Shown here: one piece after another, positions 1 to 13,006 of the stretch
Layout: every line of letters begins with the position of its first letter
Position numbering within the stretch: the first letter of the stretch is position 1
Assembly: GCF_006345805.1 (NCBI RefSeq)
Contig: NC_043003.1
Location: 81,158,001 to 81,222,000 of the forward strand
Reading direction: 5' to 3'
Length of the DNA stretch: 64,000 nt
Origin: Octopus sinensis
Lineage: Eukaryota
The notes under the pieces: generated by a model
Databases searched by the model: none
What the model was told of the DNA's origin: nothing
What the model saw: only the letters and a program-made list of their open reading frames with translations
Program-made: the position numbers and the translations under genes

Positions 1-599
1 AAGAAAATTTCTTTCTTATTGTGAGAAATATAGTTTGGTGACTATCCTGCCACCGAAAGTCGTTCAGCGTTTTTAAATAGTGTCTATTTTACGACCACAT
101 TGGAAAGCAGTATTCAAGTGAAGCAGTCCAGGTTCGAATTGGAGTGCCATAAGGGCTTGGAGTACATGAATGCCCAGAAGATTATTTTTGCTGCGTTTTC
201 TTTTTGGAACCATTGTTTTCTTCTTCTATTGGGACTTTTTATTGAACTGCTTGTTTTTTATTTCTTTCTTCTTCCCTTTTGTTTTCTTTTGAATTCTCTC
301 TTTCCTTTTTTGTGAATTATTGCTTTGGACATGGCAAAAAAACAAAAATACGGATAAGATTGTTGTGTGGGAGATTGTCCCACCGAAGCAGTGGTTAAAA
401 GATATGGAGGGGAGGATGGTATTGGTCAGGAAGAAAAGAAAGAAAAAGGGTCATTGCAGGTGGGAGATGATGTGCTGTCTGCATGTCCCGAAGTTGTGCC
501 ACTTACGGTGGAAGAAACGACTCCCATCCTTAAAGATGATGAGTTAATTATCTTTTTCTACGAGGGCGGGGTGGTGGAAAAATAGTAGAACATAGACAG

Positions 600-833
600 T
601 AGATATGTCCTTCACACAGGATGCCGAATGGCCGCCGCAGATAACTGTGGAGGTCATAAGGTTTCCCTTGTGGAGGAGGCTTAAAGGATATGGGAAGGAG
701 TGTCGCATATGGGCGGGTGGCCCTTACACGACTTACACGTTCTACATGAGTGAGGCACAGGAAATGGCGGGATACAGGAACTCAAGCGGCATTGAAGATA
801 ATGTTGGATATATTGATGGATATATCGATGAGT
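600..833 (-). mobile_element. Possible highly decayed Penelope-like GIY-YIG fragment
   Basis: One minus frame reads LIDISINISNIIFNAA*VPVSRHFLCLTH, resembling the 'TPVSRHFRSTGH' motif of the clearer PLE copy at 36792. The rest is not alignable by eye. Confidence 0.25.
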
Positions 834-1059
834 AGGAGATGAAAAAACCTCGTTAGAGGGTTTGAAAACTAATCTTATTGTATTATTTGTAATGGTTTAT
901 AACCACAATTGTGTGTTTAAGAAAACATGTTTAGAGGTTTAGTGCCTCCATCTCGTAAGAGGTTTGAAACCTCATATTGAAAATATGTTTTCGAGAAAAA
1001 TCCAATCGGCGGGTGTTTGGTTTCGTCTCACATTTATTCATTTTATTTCATTTTCATTA

Positions 1060-1250
1060 ATGTCTTTGTCCAGCCCGCAAAGCTACCCAATCTTTGTACT
1101 GCCTTTATGGCAAATTTGATAAAATAAAATATCTATGTAATGTAATTTTTCTGAATCTTCAGAATTTTCAGTATGCTAGACCACTGGTTAAACTTGCTAT
1201 TAATCAAATTAATACTCAATTTTTCACCCTTATTTTAAAAATTTACATAA
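1060..1250 (+). repeat. Interspersed repeat, second copy at ~62650-62795
   Basis: 'cttcagaattttcagtatgctagaccactggtt...caatttttcacccttatt' recurs in the same orientation at ~62708-62787 with scattered substitutions. Confidence 0.6.
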
Positions 1251-1300
1251 ACAAGTAAAAGAATATATATATATGTGTGTGTGTGTGTGTTTGTGTATGT

Positions 1301-1491
1301 GTCCTTTCACCACCGCTTCACGACTAGTGTTGGTGCGTTTACATCCTTGTAACTTAGCGGGTCTGTGATAGGGACCGATTGAATAAGTACCAGGCTTAAA
1401 AAATGTACTGGTGTTGATTCATTCGACTAAAAAGGTTTTGTAGGCAGTTCCTTTGCATGGCCGCAGTCTGATAACAGAGACAATTAAAAGA
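1301..1491 (+). mobile_element. SINE family A, 3' half (degenerate)
   Basis: Contains 'gtaacttagcgg...gaataagtaccaggctt...cgactaaa...gcatggccgcagtc', shared with the full copies at 13421, 36284 and 38533. Confidence 0.8.
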
Positions 1492-1716
1492 TGAAAGCTA
1501 TTAAAATTATATTTAAGAATCTATTAACCGACTCTATTTCTCCCCTACAAATACTTCTGTAGCACAAATTGAACGGCCGCTTCAAAGAAATCCGTATAGA
1601 GAAGCACCACTTTCTCTCCGAAAATTAAACCATGTCATATATCCGAGGCACAACACCGGAGGTAAAATTAACTCTGCTCCCGAGGTTTTATTTTATTTCA
1701 GTTACTGCTAACAACT

Positions 1717-2003
1717 GGCGAAGTGTTATGGCTCAGTGGTTAGAGCGTAGAGCTTACGATCGTGAGGTTGTGAGTTCGATTCTCCGACTTGGGTGTGTGT
1801 TGTGTTTTGAGCAAGACACTATATTTCACGTTGCTCCAGTTCAGTCAGCTGTAGAAATGAGTTGCGACATCACTGGTGCCAAGCTGTATCGGCCTTTGCC
1901 TTTCCCTCGGATAACATCAGTGGTGTGGAGAGGGGAAGCTGGTGTGCATGGGCGACTGCTAGCCTTCCACGAACAATTTTGCCCTGATTTGTGCCTCGGA
2001 AGG
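1717..2003 (+). mobile_element. tRNA-derived SINE family B
   Basis: A-box-like 'tggctcagtgg' (~1729-1739) and B box 'gagttcgattc' (1772-1782), then 'gtgttgtgttttgagcaagacact...' and a body matching 13007-13340. Confidence 0.85.
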
Positions 2004-2753
2004 TGGTCTCGAAGCTTAGAACTGATCACATTGTTTTCATCGTTTAGCAGAATCTATGAAAGTCGATGCGAGTGAAAGGTGTGTATATCAATAATATCCT
2101 CACTGAAACAGCCAATCTAAAATTGCAATTTGATCGTTACTTTATCATTGAATAATAAATTGATTCGAATTTTTATCAATAAAATATTATAATTTGATGG
2201 TCATCTATCAACGGATCATGATTGTTAAGGTCATTTTTATCTAAAATCGAAATTTGAAAATTACTTTATCACCAAATAGTAAATAATAATGGGCCGTTCT
2301 ATAACAATATCTATAACTTAATGTTAATCTTTTGTTTTCTAATTGACAAGTTTATAATCTCCTGAAAATCTTTTTCAATTGGACAGCAAATATGAAAACT
2401 GTTGCTTTCTCTATTGTAATCGTCGTGATATTATCAATAATATTGACACAAAATAGATACATTAGAGATAATTAGAAGTGAGATATGAGATATATGCTCT
2501 TGATTGATAAGCTCCATTAATTTATTTATTGATTATCATTATTATTATTATTATTGTTATATCACATTTAGTTTGTAGCAATTGCTTTATATTTAAAATA
2601 AAAGTTCACTTCTGGGACAGAAAACGAGAAAATATCAAAATGAGAAACGGATTGAGGGATAAGAACAGGTTAGATGCTTGTGCCTAAGGCTACGAAGAGA
2701 ATCAATCGTATCAGTCATAGCAGTAATTTGTGGTTTGATATTTATAATTTATT

Positions 2754-2965
2754 GGCGGCTAGAGGGCAGAATCGTTAGCACGCCGGACGATACGCTTCAG
2801 AGAATTTCGTCCGTCTTTACGTTCTGAGTTCAAATTCCGTTGACGTCGGCTTCGCCTTTCATCCTTTCGGGGTCGATGAAATAAGTACCAGTTATGCATT
2901 GAGGTCGCCGTAATTGACTAATCCCACCTCAAAAATTTCAGACCTTGTGCCTATAGTAGAAAGGA
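2754..2965 (+). mobile_element. tRNA-derived SINE family D
   Basis: 'ggcagaatcgttagcacgccgg...gttctgagttcaaattcc...tttcatcctttcggggtcgat...aagtaccag', ending in a (TAT)n tail. Confidence 0.85.
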
Positions 2966-3014
2966 TTATTATTATTATTATTATTATTACTACTATTATT
3001 ACTATTAAGAATAC

Positions 3015-3225
3015 ACGATCGCAGAAGCGTTAGCGTGTCGATCATGCTTAGCAGCATTTCTTGCGGCTTTACGTCCTCGGTTTAAATGTTTCCGAAGTTG
3101 ACTTAGCCTTTCATCCTTCCGTGGTCAATGAAATATTTACCAGTTGATCAGTGCCGATAATAAAATCAGCTTACCCACTCATGTCAAATTGCCGTCCTTA
3201 TGCCAAAATTTAAAAGACTTACAAT
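3015..3225 (+). mobile_element. SINE family D (degenerate)
   Basis: Same motif order as 2754-2965 with more substitutions. Confidence 0.7.
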
Positions 3226-3991
3226 AATTATTAAACAAACCAAAAAAAGAATGTTGAAAAACAAGTCATTTAAAAGATGTGTTGGTAAAATTTTTGGAAA
3301 TAAAAAATGTGATTAAAGAGTTAGGATAAGAAAAGACAGGATAATCGTGAGTTTAATATAGCGAGAAAAAAATAATGAAAAGAGAGGAAGATATAATGAA
3401 AAGGAAAAATTGTGAAATAGTGAATGGGAGGGGTGATTTCACATAAAGAAGAATACACATGAAAGAAAATAAAAACAAGAGAGTGGGAGAGGGAACGAGA
3501 TAGGGTGAGGAGCGAAATAGGCGTGAAGAGATGGAGATTGTGTCTGGAGGCAAAGGTGGCAGGCATATAGTAGATACAGATAAGACATCAAAGGAAAACG
3601 ATATGAAGGGGAAGATTGTACATAATGAATAATGGAGACGTTCAGCAGAATAAAATCTTATTAACTACAGAAAGTGTTCTATATTGTATTTAGTAACGTT
3701 TTTGTAGTTTTTGTTCTTCATATCTATTAAAGTAGCCTGTATTGGACACTCAGGATTCCTACAGTGACCACCCAGTCATTCTAGGAGTTCCTAGAACTAC
3801 ATCATCCAATGTGTATTTTCTCCTGTCTAAGACAATAGAATTCGGCTGGACCTTTTTTTTTTTAAAGTTGAGCGAGCGTTGAATAAGTTTTAAGTTGTGA
3901 CAACATAAGACTATTTAAATGCGATAGGTTGATGAAATCGGTAGAGGATCGTAGAAAATGCACAGTGACATCTATTATTATAACTATTATT

Positions 3992-4537
3992 GAGTGAGAG
4001 AGCAGTTCATGCCATCAAAGTGACGCGGGTAAAATATACGAAGCCCAGTATATCCATCAAGACTAACTGTCTGATAAGGGTACACCAGGTACATGCACCA
4101 TAACATATGTGCGTGACATGGTGACCTCACATCAAGATAAACAGCACATGACCTTGCAGGTGGGGCCCAGTTAGAATTTTCTTCTGCTCGAGTAGCCCAT
4201 CCCGCTCAAAAAGTCCCTGAATAAGGGTTGTTTGAGGATGTTGAACGAAACACCCATGTTTCCTGAGCTGAATTATTCAAACCCCAAAGAATCCCTCTTA
4301 ACACATGGCTATGATGCTCCCCCTCTACTTCTGTCCGTGATCAGAGATGCACATATCGTCAGCCACTAATGCTCAACTGGTTAAGGTCAAACAACTGACA
4401 TGCAAATCTGTGGTATTGAGTAGAATATTTTCTGTAGCCGATCTTTTATACTAAGACAAAACAATGTACATAACACTTTCAATCAGTTAAGATCAGAAGC
4501 CACGAGAGCCACTGCTTGGTACTGCATCAGGGCATTT
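3992..4537 (-). mobile_element. ~550 bp GC-richer interspersed element, possibly a non-LTR 3' end
   Basis: Sharp compositional island bounded by (TAT)n. The minus strand ends in an (AAT)n-like tail and has no ORF. Class is inferred only. Confidence 0.35.
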
Positions 4538-4636
4538 ATTATTAATATTATTATTATTATTATTATTACTACTACTACTACTACTTTCAGAATCCACGTA
4601 CTGCAGGGGTCACCTGTATCTTCTATCCTGTCGGGT

Positions 4637-4825
4637 TAATAATCTTTTGCATTATAATCACCGGGCCTGAAATTTTGTGGCGAGTAGTTAGTCGATTACA
4701 CCGACCTGAGTGTTCAACTGGTGGTACTTAATTTTTCGACAAATAAAGGAGGAAAGTCAAAGTCAACCTCCGTGTAATTTGAACTCAGAGCATAAAGACA
4801 AGCGAAATGCCCCTAAGCATTATTT
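4637..4825 (-). mobile_element. SINE family D
   Basis: Reverse complement of the family D core ('caaagtcaacctc...atttgaactcagagc...gcgaaatgcccctaagcat'). Confidence 0.75.
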
Positions 4826-4883
4826 CCAGTCTTAATACTACACTCTATATAGGTACACAGTCTATTACATTAACTTTAGTATT

Positions 4884-5022
4884 CCCCTGGTACTTGTTTT
4901 ATCGACCTTGAAAGGATGAATGGCAAAGTCAACCTCGTCAGAATTTGAACTAGGAACGTAAAGACGGGCGAAATACCGGTAAGCATTTGTCCGACACACT
5001 AACTATTCTGCCAGCTCACTCC
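4884..5022 (-). mobile_element. SINE family D
   Basis: 'ctggtacttg...atcgaccttgaaaggatgaatggcaaagtcaacctc...tttgaact...ttctgccagctc'. Confidence 0.8.
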
Positions 5023-5074
5023 CTTAATAATAGTAATACATAAATAAATGAATGAATAAATAAATTTAGACACA

Positions 5075-5258
5075 AGGTTAACAATTTTGAGGGGAATGAG
5101 GCAGTTGGTGCTATGAACATCATTACTTGACTGGTACTTATCCAACCCTGGAGGGATGAAAGGTAAAGTTGGTCTTTGCGGGACGTGAATTCAGAATGTA
5201 AAAGACGCTTCTTGACATTTTGTATGAAGTTCTAATGATTCTGCTAATTCACCGCTTA
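5075..5258 (-). mobile_element. SINE family D (degenerate)
   Basis: 'actggtactt...gggatgaaaggtaaagtt...gaattcagaatgtaaa...gattctgcta'. Confidence 0.65.
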
Positions 5259-5289
5259 AGGGTAGTAATAATAATTTCATTTATCAGGA

Positions 5290-5521
5290 ATACACAAGGT
5301 ACATTAATTACATTATTTACATTTGTCGGATATTTGTCCTCATTTTGTTTGTTGTTAACATAATGTTTCGGCTGATATACCCCCCCCCCCGCCTTCATCA
5401 GGTGTCTTAGGGAAATTTCGAACCCGGGTTCTCATTCCTAAGGTATTTTTTCGATGTTATTAATATTATTATTATTCAGGTCATTGCCTGGAATCGAACT
5501 CGGAATCTTGGGATTAGTAGC
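5290..5521 (-). mobile_element. Short element with truncated tRNA-like head followed by a hammerhead motif
   Basis: Minus strand: B box GAGTTCGATTCC (5490-5501), (AAT)n linker, then the HHR motif at 5357-5406. Confidence 0.55.
5357..5406 (-). ncRNA. Minimal type I hammerhead ribozyme (decayed copy)
   Basis: Minus strand: GACAC-CTGATGA-A-GGC(loop)GCC-GAA-ACAT-T-ATGTT. Two G>A reversions give palindromic stem III ACGT and stem I GACAC/GTGTT. Confidence 0.65.
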
Positions 5522-6401
5522 TGAACAATGTACATGATTCCTCATTTTTTAAATATAGAACAATACACAAAGTGTTGGAAACATTACAGAGGCAAATTAA
5601 AACAATAAAAAATAATGCTTTGCATTCAGTAAAATAGAGGGACTTTTATGATGAGACGACACTGTAGGGCGATAGTAGTCTAGAACAGCTAAACATGAAC
5701 TAGAGCAGGCCACGAAATTCAGAAAACAACCATGCATGATGAATCGGCTAGCAAAGCAAAGGAAGTGTCCTATCAATAATAAAGCGTTCTGACATAGGTA
5801 CAAAATCACAAACGAAGGAGTAGCTTTTACTCGTTTATATCGACACCAGAAATTGAGTTCTGCGCATTTTAATGTCATCTGGAAGCATGATATGTAAAAT
5901 GAATACCGACAAAATTAGGACACGTATTCTATAAGGGAGTAATTAATTCCCCACAAGGCATTTCCTACGGTTTGAAATGATAATCTAACCTCATAATAAC
6001 AATAGTATTTGTGAACTTCTATTCAAATTTGAAATAGGATCCCCATGGACACAAATGTTCTTCGGAGAGGAATGGATGCATGCAACAACGTACCGTTTTC
6101 TTCCCACTAATACATTCGAGGCGTCAGGATTATGTAAAAGTATAGGCCCATGTGTATAAGTAGATATATTAATAAAGATATGTATGCACATATATACTTA
6201 TACACACACAAATATAAATAGAGAGAAAGATGAAGCGAAACATAAATTGTTTGCAACTCAGTGTCTCTCACTGTCTGTCTCTCTCTAGATGTACATACAT
6301 ACATGCTTACATGCAAACGTATACAGGGCAAGTAAGATATATTAATAAAATATAAGAAATCAGAGTAAGATAGAGAAAAAGTGAATCGGGGAAAGAAAGA
6401 G

Positions 6402-6461
<60 letters not shown>

Positions 6462-7369
6462 TGAGTAAAAGATGGAAATATCAGATCGGTAGAGGCGGAA
6501 TAGAGAGAAATAAAGAGAGTGGTGGGAGGAGAGAAAGAGAAATTATAAGAAGTACAGTGTGGCTGATTTTTCTCTTCAGAATTGAATTGTGCTTGTTAAT
6601 GCACAACTGGTTCCTTTTAGTAGTGAATCTCGAAATGATCAGATGTGTGACAGTTATTAGTTACTCTGACATGTTTTCTCCGTGATTTGTGCAATCGCTT
6701 ACCCATTTTCCAATTTTGTCATTAATGGCGTCGAAGAAACTTTACCGACGGCTATCATAATATCTTCTTCCGTTTCTGACGACTTTTAATATAGAAATAA
6801 ATATATGTTCAGAACGTATTACTTTCGAACCAAAAATAAGTACTTGGTTTTAATCATGTTATATTACAAATGTATTCGTTGCTTATGTACATGCGTAACA
6901 TATAAACACATACACACGCACACACGCAATAAAATATCCATATATATATGAAGAGAGAAAGAGAGAGAGAAAAAGAAAGAGGGAGATACAGAGTGAGAGA
7001 GATAAGCGGATGTAGACCGATAACTGCATCTCTTTCTCTCTCTCTCTCTCTCTTTTCCTCTCTCTCTCTATATATATGCATGTATGTTTACATGTGTATG
7101 TATATCTATATATGTATATATATATATATATATATATGTATGCACAAACACACAGGCACACACACACACACACGCACACATATATATACGTTTGTACATA
7201 CAAAGTCATATAGATATATGCGCGCATAAATACATTCATAAATTCATATATACTTTTTACTTTGTCAATTTAATAGGAGAGCACTCAATACAAAACTATA
7301 GAGTTTTCGAATGCTCATTGCCAATGTATTTTATTTATTAAGTATTTTTCTATTGCATTTGTCTTTTAA

Positions 7370-8440
7370 ATTATCAATTGTTTGGTTCTGTTTTCCATTT
7401 GTCGCCTTTACCGTCGTTTATCTGTTGTTGTTTATCCGTCTATCATTTTTCTGATCCTTTTCTCTCGATGGTCATCTATGATTTTTTCAATATTTAACGT
7501 CTCCATTGGTAAATTCAGAAACTTTTCTGTTATTTACTTGACTAGTTCGTCATTGCATCTGCTTTTGCTTATCTTGTCCTGGTATTCTTGTTTATTGCTT
7601 CATTATTTGCCTATTTATTGGTTGTTTCAGTAATTCTCCTACTGTTCCTGTTGATTTCGTCATTCACACCCTGTTTCATTAGTAATGTTATATCTGTTTC
7701 ATAAGTTACATAGTATCTAAACTCGTAAGAAATTTCTATATACTCTGGTTATTTTCTCTGGTGTGATATGGTAATTTTGTCGTTCCTTTTATGTTGATAT
7801 AACTTCTCCATCAATATTTACATATTTGGAAATTTCTCGCATAAATTTATTGTATCTTTTTGCGATGCCCTGTGGATAGACTTCGGTCACAGTGCTTAAT
7901 GGTTAGAATTATAATTTTGCTTATGCATTTCAATATTATTTCCCCGTTGACCCAAAATGTGCTTTGAAAGAATTTCCTGTTCTGTAAATTGTGCAGAACG
8001 AATGAATGTGTGCTGTTTAGCTAGCGTTGCCGATGAAGTCTATGTCGATTGGTCCCACTTGAAATGCTGTCATCTTGGATATTGCATCGTTTTTCTTCTT
8101 TTTTGTTTTGTACTTTCCATTTAACGAGTTCGACTTTGATTTGTTGCAGTTGCATCTGTTTTCATTTGTTGGCCGCGAGTTTATATATATGCCATATATC
8201 CGGTTTCTGGTGTAACTGTAAATAACTGTTCGACCGTTACTATTGAATAGCTTGTGGTATTTATGGCAACTGGAAAGTGTTTCGCGATTAGTGTTAGGAA
8301 GTTGTTTGCCACATTTGTCGCTACTTTTAAGTTGAAGTCCTGTTTAAACCAGAATTTTTTTTCTTCTTTCGTCTACTTGATAGTTCGTTCTGTGGCTTTG
8401 AGTATTTATTCTAATTTTTCTTTGAACTGAAGAACGGTAC
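7370..8440 (-). mobile_element. Penelope-like element ORF fragments (post-RT linker and GIY-YIG region), frameshifted
   Basis: Minus frames give WFKQDFNLKVATNVANNFLTLIAKHFP, then (frameshift) HKYHKLFNSNGRTVIYSYTRN...CNCNKSKSNSLNGKY and later LSKHI. These match the PLE pattern WFNPP..NV.TN....FL.LI.KHFP...HK.FNRNT.K.SYSC..N...CNC...CPL.GKC. The 7370-7880 part is less certain. Confidence 0.75.
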
Positions 8441-9417
8441 TGCTTAATTGAATAATGATTTGTTGGATGATATGGTGGATTGATACACACATACGAAGAC
8501 ACACGCGCACACATGCACAAACATGCTCACACACATACACACAAACACAAGTGCAGACGCACATACACATATACATTTATAGAAATATCCTCCTTTGAAG
8601 TGGCGTTTCAGGTCGTATGTTTTACGCAATAGTGGCAGGATGAAACATCTGTGCAGTCCATAGAGTAATTTTTATATATTCTTTACTATGATTCTGTCTA
8701 CAGTCTTAACAGAGTACAACTTCTCATATTAGTAGCCTATAGCAACGACGCAAATATTTCCAACTTTCTAAATAAACAAAGCAATATTCACGAAGTATTT
8801 CATAATAATAACTTTACAAATAACTTTGTTGAGAAGTTGTGGGTTTCTATAAAAGAGAAAATAAAAATATTAATTTAATATTCTAATTAATTATAGAGAC
8901 ATTTAATTTCAAGATTTCAGATTTATTTTGTTATTCTACTTAATAGATGTTTAACCTAAAAACTTTGAAAATAAAATACTATGAAAAAATATGTTTTCAT
9001 TCTATAGTTAGTCTCTGTAGTATTACAAGATGTAGCAAATTAATGTGCGTGTATTTATTATTATGCAAGAAGTCTTTTTAAAATCAGTCGCTGTAATTTG
9101 TCTTCGCTTCTGTGGCATTAAGCTGTTTCGAGATAGTAATCAATAGCGAAAAAAATATTGGCAAAGAATCAAATCATAGACTAAACATAGAATTTTATCG
9201 CTAACTTTGGTAAATGTAAATTCTTGTTTAAAATATTGATACTATTTCTCCCGTCTAGAAATGTCTGCCATCGTCTGTATTTCATAAAGAGAAAGTGAGT
9301 ATGTTAACAATAAATAGCATTAACGTAGGTGTTTGAAAATTATTTTTGGTGGAGAGGGGCCTTCTAATATAAATAAATATTATGGAGTTAAGATTGTCTA
9401 CTAGGTTAATATGTATG

Positions 9418-9530
9418 CTTTACAATCGTGAGGGTTTGGATTCGGAATAATTTTGCATTACTCTGGGCAAGTGCTTTCAACCAAAATCTCCAAACGATCC
9501 AAGCATTGTGAAACATTCGGTAGACAGCAT
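9418..9530 (+). mobile_element. Degenerate SINE head
   Basis: 'ttacaatcgtgagggtttggattcg...tgggcaagtgc...ggtagac' follows the family A/B head order. Confidence 0.45.
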
Positions 9531-12500
9531 TATTCTTAAAGCAAGATGCATATAAGTGTCTGTATGATTGTGTGGATACATATGTAAATATATGTATAAG
9601 GTATATGAATAAGATATCGGTGTGTGAGAAGCAAATTACATTATAGTATTCTACTTCGTCAATTTTATGCAACTTTGTGCCCTTTCAGAATGTTTATACT
9701 GTAAATTCAATGTTTCATATATCGCGAACTGGTTCTTGTAAAGGCAGTATTCCAGCATGGGTTCTGTTCACGCGGTAATATGAATAAAATGATACAATTT
9801 AGATTGACATTGTCATAGTATATGTTCGTCTATGCAAATTTTGAGGAAGTCGGAGAAAAATTTAGATTGTCATATTAGTGGTTTGTGATGATAATGTCTT
9901 ACGCGTATGGTCTGATTTAACAGTAAAAGGTAGCAAAACACTTAGGTTTCCCTCGTGTTGCTGCTCTAACTGCATAAAAACAGCACTGGGAATCTTTCCA
10001 GCATGAAAGAAAATTGCATGTACTTAAAAAGTGTATAGTGATCCATCTGAGATAAATAAAGGCTTTAAACTTTACAAATTCAATGGTGAGAAGAGTACAT
10101 GAAGTTAAGATCAAGTTACTTGATCTTAAGAATTAAGGCATTTATTTACATGGCTTATCGAAGAGCTTATCATCAGCTAGTTTTAAATGTGTGCGGATGA
10201 GAAATTTTGAGCTTGACAAAATCAAAGTTATCTCCATTTGTGATTATCAGGGATTAAGCAACGGTAGCAACTATACGAACCAAACAGTTGAAAATTGACA
10301 TGATCATTATTGCTGATGTTATCGTTGTTATTGTTGTTGCTGTTGTTATTTACATTATAGGCTGGTCACAGTATATGAATGTCCAACAGTGGATATTTCT
10401 GTGATACATAAAAGTTACAACTACAAATCATTCTCACTGAATCCCACACGCACCGCTACTCAATCACATTTCAAAACCACTGAACATAAAGCATTAACAC
10501 ATGCTAAAATATTCGCTCATATACACATGCTAAAAAATTAGACATAAATACCCACAAAAAGACGCACACTCGCATTATACAGATAAAATACTCCTCCACA
10601 CACTTGTACACTAATTAAAAGCATTTTTATGCATAAATTTTTTTTTAATTCATTAAGATATGAACACATGTAACTAATTGTTTATACGTCATTGAAGAAG
10701 CTATTGCTATCTGGAGTGTGTTAAAATGGTAATTGCAAGTCGGCAGAAAACTCGAAGATAAGTATACTTCCGTGAAGCGATGAATATTCTGTAAATACCA
10801 TGAAAATTAGAAAAACAAAACTATTTAAAGTTGAAGTTACAGAAGTAGATTGGTGGAATCTATTCGAAGTAGAGTCTCTCTTTTATACCTCCCGTGGCAA
10901 CAAATTAGGATAGTATCCGTCTATACTGAAACTCTGATAATCAACTGTTCCTTTAGGGGACAAAAAGTCAAAAGAGATAATCACACGTTGATGGCTGATT
11001 CTGATCATTAAAACATTTATACTTCACTGCAACAGTGCGTTGATAACGGGAAAAAAATTTTATCAATGGCCAGCATATCAAAAAATACCTTTAAAGGTAA
11101 AATTTATAAATAATTTACAAGATATGTGTGTGCTTATATAATCTAGATCTGAAGTCATACACACAGTTATGTATTATGTATGCAAAAACTGTAAGTTTAA
11201 CTGTGCGTTTTATTTGCAAAACAGAAAGGCGCGAAGACCAAGTACCAATTTTAGGTAAATATTCAAATAAGGGCTAACTAATTTCATCAAATAACGAATG
11301 TATTCTAAAGAAAGAAAGAAGTTGTGGAAAGAATATTCACCTTCCTAAAACTTGCTGCTTGTTACTGACAATGAGATAGCTACGTAGATGTGTCTCTGTT
11401 ATTAGACATCATCAACGAAATATTCTCTAAACCCACTTTAACCTTAACCTGCAGACTAAAACGTTTACATGAAGATAAAGAGTTTCGTATAATTCTAGTC
11501 GGGATAATTTGCATAATTATTAATCCAATTAAGATTAAGAAGGTTAAATCCAGCCGATATCGAAGTTAATTTGAAATTCATATTTAATTTCTTTGTTCTT
11601 AACTGAATGCACGTTTTGTGAAATCCTTTCTACCAAAAGAGTGAAATATCAGATGCTCCCTAATAAATATAAATTGTATATTATGTAACGATTCCGCTTT
11701 TGTTCATTTGCAACAAATCCAATCAGATATCTGTATGTGTGTGTTTGTGTTTACGAGTGTCTGTGTATGTGTTTGTGTGAACATAACAGGTTTTTGAATG
11801 GTTTTGCGTACGAAATGTGAAACTGAGGTTGCAGCATAAGTTACATAGCCAAACTATCTCTCATTGGGATTGAATAAAGATCCGTGTGAATAAGAATCGA
11901 ACTTATAGCCATTTCGGCCTGACATAGGCCTTATATGAACTCATACCGATTGTTATTACTTATGTGTTTTCACGTGGCTTTTATTTCTAGAAACTTGCGC
12001 TCTGCAATGAATAAATCCCACTTAACTCTTCTCTTGTATATATTTGTCTATGTCAATGAAATTATTGTTCAGTTGACGATTTTTGTGATAACAAGAAAAA
12101 TGCTAATAGTATAATCAGTTCTCTCAAGTCGAAAGATATATATTTATTCTGGGAGATGTATCCGAATCATGGTCATTTTTTTTTATCTTTTATATATTTT
12201 TTTATACGGTTATTGAAGGAAACAGTCAATTGGAAACTTTTTATGTATAGAGCAATATTAAAACTGGAATAGGATTGAATGTTAATATTCCTAAGAGACT
12301 TGATAACAAGACTACTTGCTAAGTGAACACAAAAAAAGAGAAGATAATGCTTACACATACGCCCCTAATATTGACAGTTGACACTACATCTATCAGAATA
12401 TGGTTCTGTGTTCGTTCATATTATTTACTTTGCAAAGTGCCACCAAACACCAGTGTTCATCAATATATATACATATGTGTGTGTGTATGTGCGTATTTGG

Positions 12501-12594
12501 TTTCGTGTATAAATATATATATTATATATTACATATGCATACATATCCAACCATCGATACCCGTTCCTAAACCCACAACCACACACACACACGC

Positions 12595-12597
<3 letters not shown>

Positions 12598-12674
<77 letters not shown>

Positions 12675-12690
12675 CGTACATATATATATT
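12598..12690. repeat. (TA)n microsatellite
   Basis: Direct reading. Confidence 0.95.
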
Positions 12691-13006
12691 TATATTCTAA
12701 AGCTCAAAATTGATAAAACAAGACTGAAAGAGACAAGTTTACACAGTAAGGAAGAAACAGAAAGGAGATTAATATTCCTTCTAAATAATTGAAAGCTGTC
12801 GAAGAATGCTATTTATCCGTTGTGTCTTGTGTCTCTCTACTGATGCCCAAAACATCGAAGGTGTATCCTGTTCTTTCCGCCCGAATAAAGCAAAATACGC
12901 TTCAAATAATTTACTCTTCATCTTTGTTTGCCTTACTCATTGGTGGGAGCTTTTCATACATTGGAGTTAAAACAAGATTCTAGCTTAATATATATATATA
13001 TATATA

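Noticed and set aside
25-75. GGTG/CACC hairpin with GAAA on the plus strand and CTGAACGA on the minus strand
   Set aside because: The core halves lie on opposite strands or are wrongly spaced, and no stem I can be formed.
1717-1790. tRNA-like A/B boxes here and in other SINE heads
   Set aside because: No complete cloverleaf or acceptor stem; each continues into a SINE body, so they are not called tRNA genes.
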